Under the pieces are notes generated by a model that searched no databases, was not told where the DNA came from, and was given only the letters and a program-made list of their open reading frames with translations. Both the position numbers and the translations under genes were made by a program. From Macrostomum hystrix (lineage: Eukaryota > Animalia > Platyhelminthes), in assembly GCA_950097015.1 (NCBI GenBank), contig CATNEN010000025.1:7874001-7938000 (forward strand): a DNA stretch of 64,000 nucleotides, given 5' to 3'. Shown here piece after piece: positions 11,750-23,352 of the stretch (position 1 is its first letter; each line of letters begins with the position of its first letter).

Positions 11750-11970
11750 TTAAATATTGGGCTGCTTCCTGGGTTGATTCCACTGTTCATGTGATTCTTC
11801 GGTTGATTCCATTTCGCCACCAAGAAGCACCGAGAAACCGCCCAGTTGGGCAGATTCCAAGCATGGAATCATCCGATTGGTCTGTTTCCAGCGTTCGGCT
11901 GTTTCTTTTTCTGGAAACACCGCAGATTCCAACTGGAATCACGCAAGGAAACATCCCAATTTTTAGCGGG
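11750..11970 (-). mobile_element. CMC transposon 5' terminus (CCCGCTAAAAA on minus strand) with GATTCC/GGAATC subterminal repeats
   Basis: TTTTAGCGGG|TA at 11961-11972; repeated GATTCC...GGAATC; upstream of the transposase. CMC elements begin with CAC or CCC. Confidence 0.65.
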
Positions 11971-12049
11971 TATATGTTTAATTATTGTTGCATTTCTTTT
12001 TTCAATGATATGTATTAGTACCTAAACTAGCTTGGTGATATTATTGTAT

Positions 12050-12290
12050 TAGTTTGGAGTGTGAAGAGATACGCTGTTTTGCTGAAGTTATTCATCTTTC
12101 GTTGACAGCAATAGCGACCTCGATTTTTGGATCTAAAAATAGAATATGTCCAAGAAAGTCTAGCGCTTCAAGCATTCTATCACCATTAGTAAACAAGTTT
12201 GCACTATTCTCAGTTATCTTAATAATATATAGCTCAGTTGTCTCGCTAATGTTCTGCGCAAACTGCATTTCCGCGGTTCAGTAAAATGAA
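12050..12290 (-). mobile_element. Degenerate non-LTR retrotransposon RT fragment (possible)
   Basis: Minus strand reads NISETTELY...NGDRMLEALDFLGHILFLD, which resembles the RT C-terminal N.SKT...NG..IE.V..FLG pattern; interrupted by a stop. Confidence 0.35.
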
Positions 12291-12375
12291 ACACTGATTC
12301 ACGACAACCATGAAATTTGTAATAACAGCCTGGCTAAAGGATCAGTAATTGGAATAATATGGCATCCCTCTGAAG

Positions 12376-12828
12376 AAGGGGTCGGCAAACTCCGGCCCGC
12401 GGGCCAGATGCGGCCCTCGAAGATCCCAAATCCGGCCGTTGCTCCTTCCGACACTTACAGTCCTGTTTTATCTTTCCCGTGTCTCATCTCTCCCGTCTCA
12501 TCCCTCCACTTTCTCATCTCTCCCGTCTCATCCCTCCCCTGTCTAATCCCTCCTGTGTCTCATCTCTCCCGTCTCATCTCTCCCGTGTCTCATCTCTCCC
12601 GTCTCATCCCTCCACTTTCTTATCTCTCCCGTGTCTCATCCCTCTCGTCTTATCTCTCCCCTTGTCTCATCCCTCTCGTCTTATCTCTCCCCTGTTTCAT
12701 CCCTCCCGTGTCTCATCCCTCGTCTGTCTCATTTCTCCCCTATTTCATATTTGTAGAGTCAATGCGGCCCGCTGTCGTCTTTCAGATTTTCTCTTTGGCC
12801 CGCTAGCTAATAAGTTTTCCGACCCCTG
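12376..12828. mobile_element. hAT-Charlie-type MITE
   Basis: TIRs AAGGGGTCGGCAAACT / AGTTTTCCGACCCCTG, subterminal GGCCCGCGGGCC, and 8-bp TSD CTCTGAAG / CTCTAAAG (7/8 identical). Internal CT-rich tandem at 12470-12745. Confidence 0.85.
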
Positions 12829-12960
12829 CTCTAAAGTTTAGAATACATAAAAGACCTGAGCCCTGCTTACCAAGGGTTAGCACGCCACATTCATTTAGGG
12901 CGCAACGAGAAGGCTTGGGGCTACAATCACCAGTGTTGTTATTAACAGTAGAACTACCAA

Positions 12961-13424
12961 GGGGGTATTTCAAACACATTTATCTTTTCTGTATCTCCCA
13001 AAATATTAAACTAACCACCATAAAAATCCAGAACATGGCTTAAAAGTTTCCCCTCTATCCGATGAAACAACTTACAAAACCACTTAGATATTCAAAGATT
13101 TTCGTTGGAGTGTCTGGTGTAAAAAAGCACCAATATGGGCATTATTTTTCTGCTCAGAAAATTTCGTCTTGTAACCGTGTCGGCTCGTATTGTTGATTAT
13201 ATTGTATATTTTATATATTTGAACCAAAATGGATTCGCCATAGAGGTTCATACAAAGCAATGATAGTTGTCCCTGTCACCTGGTTCATCGCCAAGAATCG
13301 CTGAATATCTCGACGATGCTGACGTCTGACGGCTTTGAAAGTTAGTTAATTGTAAAGGGCAATGGTGAAAATGGTGGAATTTCACGAAACTCGTGAAGTA
13401 GCTGCAGTGGGTATTTGGAATACC
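12961..13424 (+). mobile_element. Unnamed dispersed repeat (MITE-like), copy 1
   Basis: Imperfect TIR GGTATTTCAAACAC / GTATTTGGAATACC. Body (TGTCTGGTG...CACCAAT...GAACCAA.ATGGATTCGC) recurs at 36135-36800 and 53360-53615. Confidence 0.6.
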
Positions 13425-13463
13425 TATTTGGAATAGCTATACTCCCGTATTACCTCCTTCCAG

Positions 13464-13781
13464 GTGGAATTCCGCGACGTCAGCTTTTACTACGAAGCCG
13501 CCAAGCCAGTGCTGAGGTCAGTGAGTTTCTCGGTGGAGCCAGGCCAGACCGTGGCCTTGGTCGGGCACTCCGGTGCCGGCAAGTCCTCAATTCTTCGCCT
13601 GCTATTTCGCTTCTACGATGTACAATCTGGCCGGATTCTAATCGACGGTCGGGATGTTCGCCTGGTGACACAGGGCAGCCTGCGCCGGGCCATCGGGGTG
13701 GTGCCGCAGGACACGGTGCTGTTTAACGCCGACATTCGCTACAACATCCGATACGGCAGGCCAGACGCCAGCGATGCCGAG
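13464..13781 (+). CDS. ABCB6: ABCB6-like, exon 5 (NBD Walker A, Q-loop)
   Basis: Acceptor TCCAG|GTG. Encodes [10 protein letters not shown]...GHSGAGKS...[12 protein letters not shown]. Donor GAG|GTTTGC. Confidence 0.96.
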
Positions 13782-13904
13782 GTTTGCTGGATTTCTCCTA
13801 GATTTTCTTCTTCATCTAGGGATATTTTTCCAATGTATTATCAATCAAACTGTTATCTGATTGAAAATACTACTACACTGATCTGTAAACACGTAGCGAT
13901 ATAA

Positions 13905-14330
13905 TGTATCCCAACTGACAAAGATATCCCAACTGACAAAGATATCCCAACTGAGAAATATATCCTATCTGACAATAATATCCCTACTGACAAATATATT
14001 CCAACTGACAATAATATCCCAACTGACATAGATATCCCAACTGACAATAATATCCCAACTGACATAGATATCCCAACTGACATAGATATCCCAACTGACA
14101 TAGATATCCTAACTAACAAAAATATCCCTACTGACAATAATATCCCAACTGACATAGATATCCTAACTAACAAAAATATACCAACTGACAATAATATCCC
14201 AAATGAAAAAAAATATCCCAACTGACATAGATATCCCAACTGACATAGATATCCCAACTGACAAAGTTATCCTAACTGACATAGATATCCCAACTGACAA
14301 AGATATCTCAACTGACAAGGACATTTCTGT
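13905..14330. repeat. 18-bp minisatellite (ATATCCCAACTGACAWAG)n
   Basis: Tandem units in ABCB6 intron 5. Confidence 0.92.
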
Positions 14331-14432
14331 CAAAATTATTTCTAGACACCAGGTGCAACAGCATGTAAGCGAGGGGCCTACATTCCTAAGTTCACCTAGG
14401 TCCACCCCTCTTCCAACGTGAATTTGATTCAG

Positions 14433-14864
14433 GTAGAGGAAGCCGCTCGCCTTGCCGACATTCACGATCGGATCCTGAGTTTCCCCAGCGGCTACGACAC
14501 TGTCGTTGGCGAGCGCGGCCTAAAACTCAGCGGCGGCGAGAAGCAGCGAGTTGCCATCGCGCGCACCCTGCTGAAAGGCCCACGCATTGTCCTGCTCGAT
14601 GAAGCCACTAGCGCCCTGGACACCGCCACGGAGAGGAACATTCAGGCTAGCCTTGATCGGGTCTGCTCCGGCCGAACCACCCTTGTTGTGGCTCATCGCC
14701 TATCCACCATTGTTGGAGCTGACGTTATTCTGGTCCTGCGCGACGGTGAGATTGTTGAACGCGGCTCACACGAAGCTCTGGTGCAGTCTGGCGGACTGTA
14801 TGCCAGCATGTGGCGACAGCAGCAGCAGGAGAAAGCCAAGATTGATGCGGACACTGAGGCTTGA
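14433..14864 (+). CDS. ABCB6: ABCB6-like, exon 6 (signature, Walker B, stop)
   Basis: Acceptor TTCAG|GTA. Encodes [19 protein letters not shown]...[10 protein letters not shown]...VAHRLST. TGA at 14862-14864. Confidence 0.96.
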   Translation, partial: VEEAARLADIHDRILSFPSGYDTVVGERGLKLSGGEKQRVAIARTLLKGPRIVLLDEATSALDTATERNIQASLDRVCSGRTTLVVAHRLSTIVGADVILVLRDGEIVERGSHEALVQSGGLYASMWRQQQQEKAKIDADTEA

Positions 14865-14889
14865 AATCGGCTATTGGTGACCTTGTTTT

Positions 14890-15310
14890 GACCTGCTACA
14901 TGCGGTGGGGTGTACTGACCTGCTCGACGAGAAGTGGATGTAATTACCTGCCAATGAATTATGTGTAATTACCTTCTAGATGAGATGTTGAAGTACTTTG
15001 TTAAAGTACCTGCTAGATAAGAAGTAGGTGTAATTATCTGCTACGACTAGATAAATATGTGTAGATAAGTAGGTGTGATTGCCTGCTATTGAAATCGGTG
15101 TGATTGTTTGCTAGATAAGGAAGTATGTATGTTTACCTGCTAGTTAAATAGGTGTAATTTCCTGCTAGATAATGTATAATTAGCTGCTAGATCAGAAGTG
15201 GGTATAATCACCTGTTTGATGAAAGTAGAGTTTAACAAACAATCTAGATAAGAAGTTGGATGAATTACCTGTTAGATAAGAACAAGGGTTTAAATACCTG
15301 CTAGCGGAGT
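14890..15310. repeat. Degenerate tandem repeat (ACCTGCTAGATAAGAAGTAGGTGTAATT-like)
   Basis: Recurrent ACCTGCTAG and GTAGGTGTAATT words downstream of the ABCB6 stop. Confidence 0.65.
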
Positions 15311-15689
15311 CTGTTAGATCTTTTGTTTCTATTCACAATCGCTAGTTTTGCGCGTAGAATAGGTTTCCTTATTGGGCACCTCACAACGTCCCTACAATAT
15401 AGACTGGTATTAATGTCGGCTTAAACAATTGAACTTCATCATGCACAACAGAGACTAATGCTTTCAGTTTGTTTTTGTTTTGTTTTCTTTCAATCAAAAC
15501 TTGTATGCCATTTTTCTGTCTGTGTGTGTGGCATTTCTTTTTGTAGTCCCTTTATTTGCTGCCAGAATTCTGGTCAATCCCTGTCTTTATGCCATTTCCT
15601 CTCTCCATCTCGACTCCTTCTGTGTGCTATTATTCTATTGCTTTTCTCTGTCTCTCTTGCTCCTTACATTGTACAACTCTCTCCAGGCG

Positions 15690-16110
15690 CTTCTTCTCTT
15701 TCTCCCCGTCTGTTCTCTTTCTCCCCCTGTCTGTTCTCTATCTACCCCGTCTGTTCTCTTTCTCCCCCTGTCTGTTCTCTATCTACCCCGTCTGTTCTCT
15801 TTCTCCCCCTGTCTGTTCTCTATCTACCCCGTCTGTTCTCTTTCTCCCCCTGTCTGTTCTCTATCTACCCCGTTTGTTCTCTATCTACCCCGTCTGTTCT
15901 CTTTCTACCCCGTCTGTTCTCTATCTACCCCGTCTGTTCTCTTACTCCCCCGTCTGTTCTCTTTCTCCCCCCGTCTGTTCTCTTTCTACCCCGTCTGTTC
16001 TCTTTCTCCCCCTGTCTGTTCTCTTACTCCCCCGTCTGTTCTCTTTCTCCCCCCCGTCTGTTCTCTTTCTACCCCGTCTGTTCTTTTTCTCACCCGTCTG
16101 TTCTCTTTAT
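15690..16110. repeat. ~20-bp pyrimidine-rich minisatellite (CCCCGTCTGTTCTCTTTCT)n
   Basis: Visible tandem units. Confidence 0.9.
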
Positions 16111-16489
16111 TCCCTTATTCTCCTTGCATAGAAGAGAATATTTCTCCCCATTGTTATTTTCTCTTCTCTCCAGGTCTCATTTCCCTTCTATCTCGTCGTT
16201 TTTTTCAGCTTCAGCTTCCTATTTTTAAACCCGCTAATATAAAAAAACAAGTCGTTTTCCGAATTTTTAAGTCGGTAATTTTTTCTGTGAAAATGAAATG
16301 CTTTCAGTTTATTCCGATTTTTAAGCCTGAATTTCTGCGCTCTTGTGAGCTTCTAGTAGCGATTGAGTGCATAGTACAGCTGAAACTACCTGTTTTGTAA
16401 TATTATCATTTTTAATGTAACAGTGCGTGATATTAGTAAAAAAATATGCCTCAATCAATTAGCATCCACGAAGACTCACAAAAAGCCAA

Positions 16490-17775
16490 ACTTCAGGGAA
16501 GTGAAAACTTCAGGGAAGTGAAAACTTCAGGGAAGTGAAAACTTCAGAGAAGTGAAAACTTCAGAGAAGTGAAAACTTCAGGGAAGTGAAATTCTTCAGG
16601 GAAGTGAAAACTTCAGGGAAGTGAAAACTTCAGGAAAGTGAAAACTTCAGGAAAGTGAAAACTTCAGGGAAGTTAATACTTCAGGGAAGTTAATACTTCA
16701 GGGAAGTGAAAACTTCAGGGAAGTGAAAACTTTAGGGAAGTGAAAACTTCAGGGAAGTGAAAACTTCAGGGAAGTGAAAATCTTCAGGGAAGTGAAAACT
16801 TTAGGGAAGTGAAAACTTTAGGGAAGTGAAAACTTCAGGGAAGTGAAAACTTCAGGGAAGTGAAAACTTCAGGGAAGTGAAAACTTCCGAGAAGTGAAAA
16901 CTTCAGGGATGTGAAAACTTCAGGGAAGTTAATACTTCAGGGAAGTTAATACTTCAGGGAAGTTAATACTTCAGGGAAGTGAAAACTTCAGGGAAGTTAA
17001 TACTTCAGGGAAGTTAATACTTCAGGGAAGTGAAAACTTCAGGGAAATTAATACTTTAGGGAAGTGAAAACTTTAGGGAAGTGAAAACTTCAGGGAAGTG
17101 AAAACTTCAGGGAAGTGAAAACTTCAGGGAAGTGAAAACTGCAGGGAAGTGAAAACTTCAGGGAAGTGAAAACTTCAGGGAAGTGAAAACTTCAGAGAAG
17201 TGAAAACTTCCGAGAAGTGAAAACTTCAGGGATGTGAAAACTTCAGGGAAGTTAATACTTCAGGGAAGTTAATACTTCAGGGAAGTGAAAACTTCAGGGA
17301 AGTTAATACTTCAGGGAAGTTAATACTTCAGGGAAGTGAAAACTTCAGGGAAATTAATACTTTAGGGAAGTGAAAACTTTAGGGAAGTGAAAACTTCAGG
17401 GAAGTGAAAACTTCAGGGAAGTGAAAACTTCAGGGAAGTGAAAACTTCAGGGAAGTGAAAACTTCAGGGAAGTGAAAACTGCAGGAAAGTGAAAACTGCA
17501 GGAAAGTGAAAACTGCAGGAAAGTGAAAACTTCAGGAAAGTGAAAACTTCAGGGAAGTGAAAACTTCAGGAAAGTGAAAACTTCAGGGAAGTTAATACTT
17601 CAGGAAAGTGAAAACTTCAGGGAAGTTAATACTTCAGGGAAGTTAATACTTCAGGGAAGTGAAAACTTCAGGGAAGTGAAAACTTTAGGGAAGTGAAAAC
17701 TTCAGGGAAGTGAAAACTTCAGGGAAGTGAAAATCTTCAGGGAAGTGAAAACTTTAGGGAAGTGAAAACTTCAGG
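16490..17775. repeat. 18-bp minisatellite (AAAACTTCAGGGAAGTGA)n
   Basis: About 70 visible units with GTTAAT variants. Confidence 0.97.
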
Positions 17776-18284
17776 CAAGCATTAGCTGTACTCTTAGAAT
17801 TCACTTGGAATTCATTGTTGTCTTTTTTAACTTTTTGCAGCTTCAAAACGGACCACACTAAAGTCAAATCAAGTGTCCCTTTTTGGCTCAAATATGTTTA
17901 GTCTCATTAACGAGTTAACGAGTTTTTGCCGTGCTGGCCGTTGTGGAGCTAGTGTTTTCTTAGAACTAATCATAGCGAGATTTTGTATTTTTTCAGCATA
18001 GTTGTAACGCTTTTATCATTCGTTCACTGCAGCTTAATGAACATTGCAACCTTTGAGTCGATAATTCTTGGCATACACATTTTGCGCCGATTCAATAAAA
18101 ATAATAAATAGATGCCTGTTATTTGTGTTTTCAAAGTCCTCGTTCTGAAATTTCCTGTCTTTTTTAGATTTTCTATTGTTTTTAACTTTATCTCTTACTG
18201 CTTTTAATGTCAGGAATTCGACATTTCATGGCTAGACATTTTACGCTTGCTGAGATTAGAGACTGTGAGCAGTGAGATTTTGAG

Positions 18285-19318
18285 CAGGGATGGTGTGAGA
18301 TTCTGAGCTGGGAGGGTGTGAGATTCTGAGCTGGGAGGGTATGAGATTCTGAGCTGCGAGGGTGTGAGATTCTGAGCTGGGAGGGTGTGAGATTCTGAGC
18401 TGGAGGGTGAGATTCTGAGCTGGGAGGGTGTGAGATTCTGAGCTGGGAGGGTGTGAGATTCTGGACTGGGGGGAGATTCTGGACTGGGAGGGTGCGAGAT
18501 TCTGGACTGGGAGGGTGTGAGATTCTGAGCTGGGAGGGTGTGAGATTCTGAGCTGGGAGGGTGTGAGATTCTGAGCTGGGAGGGTGAGATTCTGGACTGG
18601 GGGGGGGGAGATTCTGGACTGGGAGGGTGCGAGATTCTGGACTGGGAGGGTGTGAGATTCTGGACTGGGGGGAGATTCTGGACTGGGAGGGTGTGAGATT
18701 CTGGACTGGGGGGGGAGATTCTGGACTGGGAGGGTGCGAGATTCTGGACTGGGAGGGTGTGAGATTCTGGACTGGGGGGGAGATTCTGGACTGGGAGGGT
18801 GTGAGATTCTGGACTGGGGGGGGGAGATTCTGGACTGGGAGGGTGCGAGATTCTGGACTGGGAGGGTGTGAGATTCTGGACTGGGGGGGGGAGATTCTGG
18901 ACTGGGAGGGTGCGAGATTCTGGACTGGGAGGGTGTGAGATTCTGAGCTGGGAGGGTGTGAGATTCTGGACTGGGAGGGTGTGAGATTCTGAGCTGGGAT
19001 GGTGTGAGATTCTGAGCTGGGAGGGTGTGAGATCTGGACTGGGAGGGTGTGAGATTCTGGACTGGGAGGGTGTGAGATTCTGAGCTGGGAGGGTGTGAGA
19101 TTCTGAGCTGGGAGGGTGTGAGATTCTGAGCTGGGAGGGTGTGAGATTCTGAGCTGGGAGGGTGTGAGATTCTGAGCTGGGAGGGTGTGAGATTCTGGAC
19201 TGGGGGGAGATTCTGGACTGGGAGGGTGTGAGATTCTGAGCTGGGAGGGTGTGAGATTCTGAGCTGGGAGGGTGTGAGATTCTGAGCTGGGAGGGTGTGA
19301 GATTCTGAGCTGGGAGCA
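18285..19318. repeat. 21-23-bp G-rich minisatellite (GGGAGGGTGTGAGATTCTGAGCT / GGACT)n
   Basis: Visible tandem units. Confidence 0.95.
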
Positions 19319-19724
19319 TGCTGCCTATGATTTGCAAAAAACGGTAATGCCTTGTATGCTAACTGATTATGCGACGTGCAAACGGTCTGTTTAGAAATGA
19401 TGCACGGTATTGTAGGCTCTTAACTACATATCTAGAGTCTGTTATTATCCTGAGTTCATTTTTATCATGCCCATGTGGTGCTAGACGGGTCTGTCGTTTA
19501 GACGGGTCGGGTCGGCCTGATAAGAAATATTTCCGGGTTCGCGCAGATAACTTTGATGTGGCTTGTCCTCGTATCTGGCCTACATATTTAGCTAGTTAAT
19601 GCGCCACGTGACTCAGAATGCATCAGAACTAGCTGCACTTGCCTCTTTTAGATAAACAAATTGTGCGCGCTACAGCATTGCATGGAGCATTTAGCCAGCA
19701 CGTGCTCTTTGCTTACTGCTGTTA

Positions 19725-19890
19725 ATAATAATAATAATTGCTCTGCAGGCGATGGCGCATCGTTTGGTGACACCAGAACCACAGCGAGGATCGGCAATTC
19801 TGCCCATTCCGCTGACTCCTGAGCACACACGTACACATAGATACCGTAGGCATACGTAAAGGTGTGTACATCTGCACTGATTTTCATTAC
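19725..19890 (-). mobile_element. SINE family A, 3' part with (TTA)n tail
   Basis: AATAATAATAATTGC...GGCAATTCTGCCCATTCCGCTGACTCCTGAGCACAC matches the 34014 copy; cut off by the 30-bp array. Confidence 0.8.
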
Positions 19891-20890
19891 TTTCATGCTG
19901 CCACTCTCCCAGACCCTCAGTTTCATGCTGCCACTCTCCCAGACCCTCAGTTTCATGCTGCCACTCTCCCAGACCCTCAGTTTCATGCTGCCACTCTCCC
20001 AGACCCTCAGTTTCATGCTGCCACTCTCCCAGACCCTCAGTTTCATGCTGCCACTCTCCCAGACCCTCAGTTTCATGCTGCCACTCTCCCAGACCCTCAG
20101 TTTCATGCTGCCACTCTCCCAGACCCTCAGTTTCATCCTGCCGCTCTCCCAGACCCTCACTTTCATGCTGCCACTCTCCCAGACCCTCAGTTTCATGCTG
20201 CCACTCTCCCAGACCCTCAGTTTCATGCTGCCACTCTCCCAGACCCTCAGTTTCATGCTGCCACTCTCCCAGACCCTCAGTTTCATGCTGCCACTCTCCC
20301 AGACCCTCAGTTTCATGCTGCCACTCTCCCAGACCCTCAGTTTCATGCTGCCACTCTCCCAGACCCTCAGTTTCATGCTGCCACTCTCCCAGACCATCAG
20401 TTTCTTGCTGCCACTCTCCCAGACCCTCATGCAGTTTCATGCTGCCACTCTCCCTGACCCTCAGTTTCATGCTGCCACTCTCCCAGACCCTCAGTTTCAT
20501 GCTGCCACTCTCCCTGACCATCAGTTTCTTGCTGCCACTCTCCCTGACCCTCCGTTTCATGCTGCCACTCTCCCAGACCCTCAGTTTCATGCTGCCACTC
20601 TCCCTGACCCTCAGTTTCATGCTGCCACTCTCCCAGACCCTCAGTTTCATGCTGCCACTCTCCCTGACCCTCAGTTTCATGCTGCCACTCTCCCTGACCC
20701 TCAGTTTCTTGCTGCCACTCTCCCAGACCATCAGTTTCATGCTGCCACTCTCCCAGACCATCAGTTTCTTGCTGCCACTCTCCCAGACCCTCAGTTTCAT
20801 GCTGCCACTCTCCCAGACCCTCAGTTTCATGCTGCCACTCTCCCAGACCCTCAGTTTCATGCTGCCACTCTCCCAGACCCTCAGTTTCAT
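19891..20890. repeat. 30-bp minisatellite (TTTCATGCTGCCACTCTCCCAGACCCTCAG)n
   Basis: About 33 near-identical units. Confidence 0.97.
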
Positions 20891-21129
20891 CTAGGTGATT
20901 TAGTTGGCCACAGAGTGTAACTACGCTCGCAATTTAAAATAGGCATGACTAATTAATACGTCAACAAAGTTCCTCTTTTCATGCCGTAAACTTAATGAAG
21001 TCTAGCAGGTTTCTGCGCAGTTTGTTTTTGAAAACGATTTTTTACAATTCTTGGAAATTGTTCTCCTTTCGAAGCTTAGATTAAGTACGAGCACTTAAGT
21101 CGCGAAAAAAGCCGAACTGTTGATGAAGT

Positions 21130-21370
21130 ATGAGGGAGACTTGTGGGTGCAATAGACACACGAATGAGGGAGACTTGTGGGTGCAATAGACACGCGAATG
21201 AGGGAGGCTTGTGGGTGCTATAGACACACGAATGAGGGAGACTTGTGGGTGCAATAGACACACGAATGAGGGAGACTTGTGGGTGCAATAGACACACGAA
21301 TGAGGGAGACTTGTGGGTGCAATAGACACACGAATGAGGGAGACTTGTGGGTGCAATAGAGACACGAATG
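21130..21370. repeat. ~34-bp minisatellite (GAGGGAGACTTGTGGGTGCAATAGACACACGAAT)n
   Basis: About 7 visible units. Confidence 0.92.
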
Positions 21371-22307
21371 AGTGGGATTTTAGTGGCCATGGATGAAGTA
21401 GCGATCAAAGTTTTCATGTTTTTTATAAGCATTCTTTGTCATCAAATGTGCCATGCATTACAAGTATTCTTTAAACTTTGAGTTTAATCGAGTTGAAAAC
21501 TGACAGCGACTGGCAATGTCGCATTGCTCGAGAATGACCCAGTGAAATCCAGAGACCAATGTGGATTGAGCAGGCTGCTTCTCGAGCTGCTTAGATTGTG
21601 CTTAGTTCATTTGGCTTGATTTGAAATGACATTTCAGAACTGCAAAATGCGTGTCATTTTCTGTCTGCATTATATTGTACTATAAAGTTGAAGTTGCTAT
21701 AGGAAGTACTGCAATTTGCACCTGTGTCCTTCAAATTTCCAGTGTCCTTTGCTAGGGCCGCAAAATGCCGGCTTTTGTCAGGTCTGAAATTAACCGAAAG
21801 CGAAAAAAAAGAGGAGGAAAGAGAGGAAGAGAGACAAGCCAAACAAAAGCGACAACAGCTGCCACGTGGACCTATTTTGTTACTTTGCTGCAAATGCGAA
21901 GTTAAGCGAGACAGAACTGCTTACAATTCGCCACTTATACAAATCGTTCCTTGTAATACGACCGCGTTGGATTTGCCTATATAAATATGTCTACCAACTG
22001 GGCTAGTTGTCCAACGAAATGTACCAATCGCAAGTCTGTCATCTCGGGACATGACTCAGATATCTCCGCCGAGCTACTCAGAGTCGGAGCGACAGCAGTG
22101 GTCTAGTCGGCTTCTGTACCTGGTAACCGCGACTATCTGCATCGAGGAGGCTAGCGAGAGACACGACCGCTGCGCCGGCTGTCCCGTCTGCGCCGGTGCT
22201 AGGCGGGTGTCCAGCGCTGCTCGGGCCCGTCGCATTGCCCGCAGCTACGCCGCCGCCGCAGCCAAAGACACCAAAACTCATCGCTTTTTCTTCTTAAAAG
22301 TGTCGCC

Positions 22308-22740
22308 ATGGAGAGGAACAGCGCGACTAATTCGCCTGACGCTCGAGCCCTTGACGAAGCTCTGCCTGCCCTGTCCCAGACTGTTCGGCAGGAGCAGCTG
22401 GTCTGGCTGCTCATTGAAGGAACTCCAGGAAGTGAAGGACGCTCTGCTGTGTCAGGCCAGCGTCATTGGCAACAACGCGGTTTGGTGCGTCGATTTGCTG
22501 TCCGCCGTGTCCAATCTGCGATGCGGACTCAGCCAGCTGTTTCGCTTGGACAGCAGCGAGACCAGCCGGCTGATGGTGGACACTCTGCAGGTCAGCGGCT
22601 TCGCCATGGATGTGGCTAAACGCGTTGATCGGGAAACCGGGCAGAAGCTCAAAGACTTGGCTGCTAGGGACTGCAGAGGGTGGCTGGTTGGTGTCAGGCA
22701 TGCGATCCTGATTGCACCCCAGACTGCACATCCCATCCTG
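22308..22740 (+). other. Orphan coding-like GC-rich segment, unidentified
   Basis: ATG at 22308 (MERNSATNSPDARALDEALPALSQTVRQEQLVWLLIE); one +1 shift near 22419 continues as ELQEVKDALL...DVAKRVDRETGQKLKDLAA. No family recognised. Confidence 0.3.
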
Positions 22741-23352
22741 TCTAGCAGGTTAGACCCTGTCTAGCAGGTTAGACCCTGTCTAACAGGTTAGACCCTGTCT
22801 AGCAGGTTAGACCCTGTCTAACAGGTTAGACCCTGTCTAGCAGGTTAGACCCTGTCTAACAGGTTAGATTCTGTCTAACAGGTTAGATCCTGTCTAACAG
22901 GTTAGAATCCTGTCTAACAGGTTAGATCCTGTCTAACAGGTTAGAATCCTGTCTAAAAGGTTAGATCCTGTCTAACTGGTTAGAATCCCGTCTAACAGGT
23001 TAGATTCTGTCTAACAGTTTAGATCTTGTCTAACAGGTTAGATTCTGTCTAACAGGTTAGATTCTGTCTAACAGGTTAGATCCTGTCTAACTGGTTAGAT
23101 ACTGTCTAACAGATCAGAATCCTGTCTAGCAAGTTAGATCCTGTCTAACAGGTTAGATTCTGTCTAACAGGTTAGATCCTGTCTAACAGGTTAGAATCCT
23201 GTCTAACAGGTTAGATTCTGTCAAACAGGTTAGATCCTGTCTAACAGGTTAGACCCTGTCTAGCAGGTTAGACCCTGTCTAACAGGTTAGATTCTGTCTA
23301 ACAGGTTAGATCCTGTCTAACAGGTTAGATCTTGTCTAACAGGTTAGACCAT
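22735..23352. repeat. 20-21-bp self-complementary minisatellite (CCTGTCTAACAGGTTAGATC)n
   Basis: Visible tandem units containing TCTAA-CAGG-TTAGA. Confidence 0.95.

Noticed and set aside
16690-17780. Telomeric TTTAGGG/TTAGGG repeats
   Set aside because: Only sporadic single-base variants of the 18-bp unit, not tandem telomere repeats.
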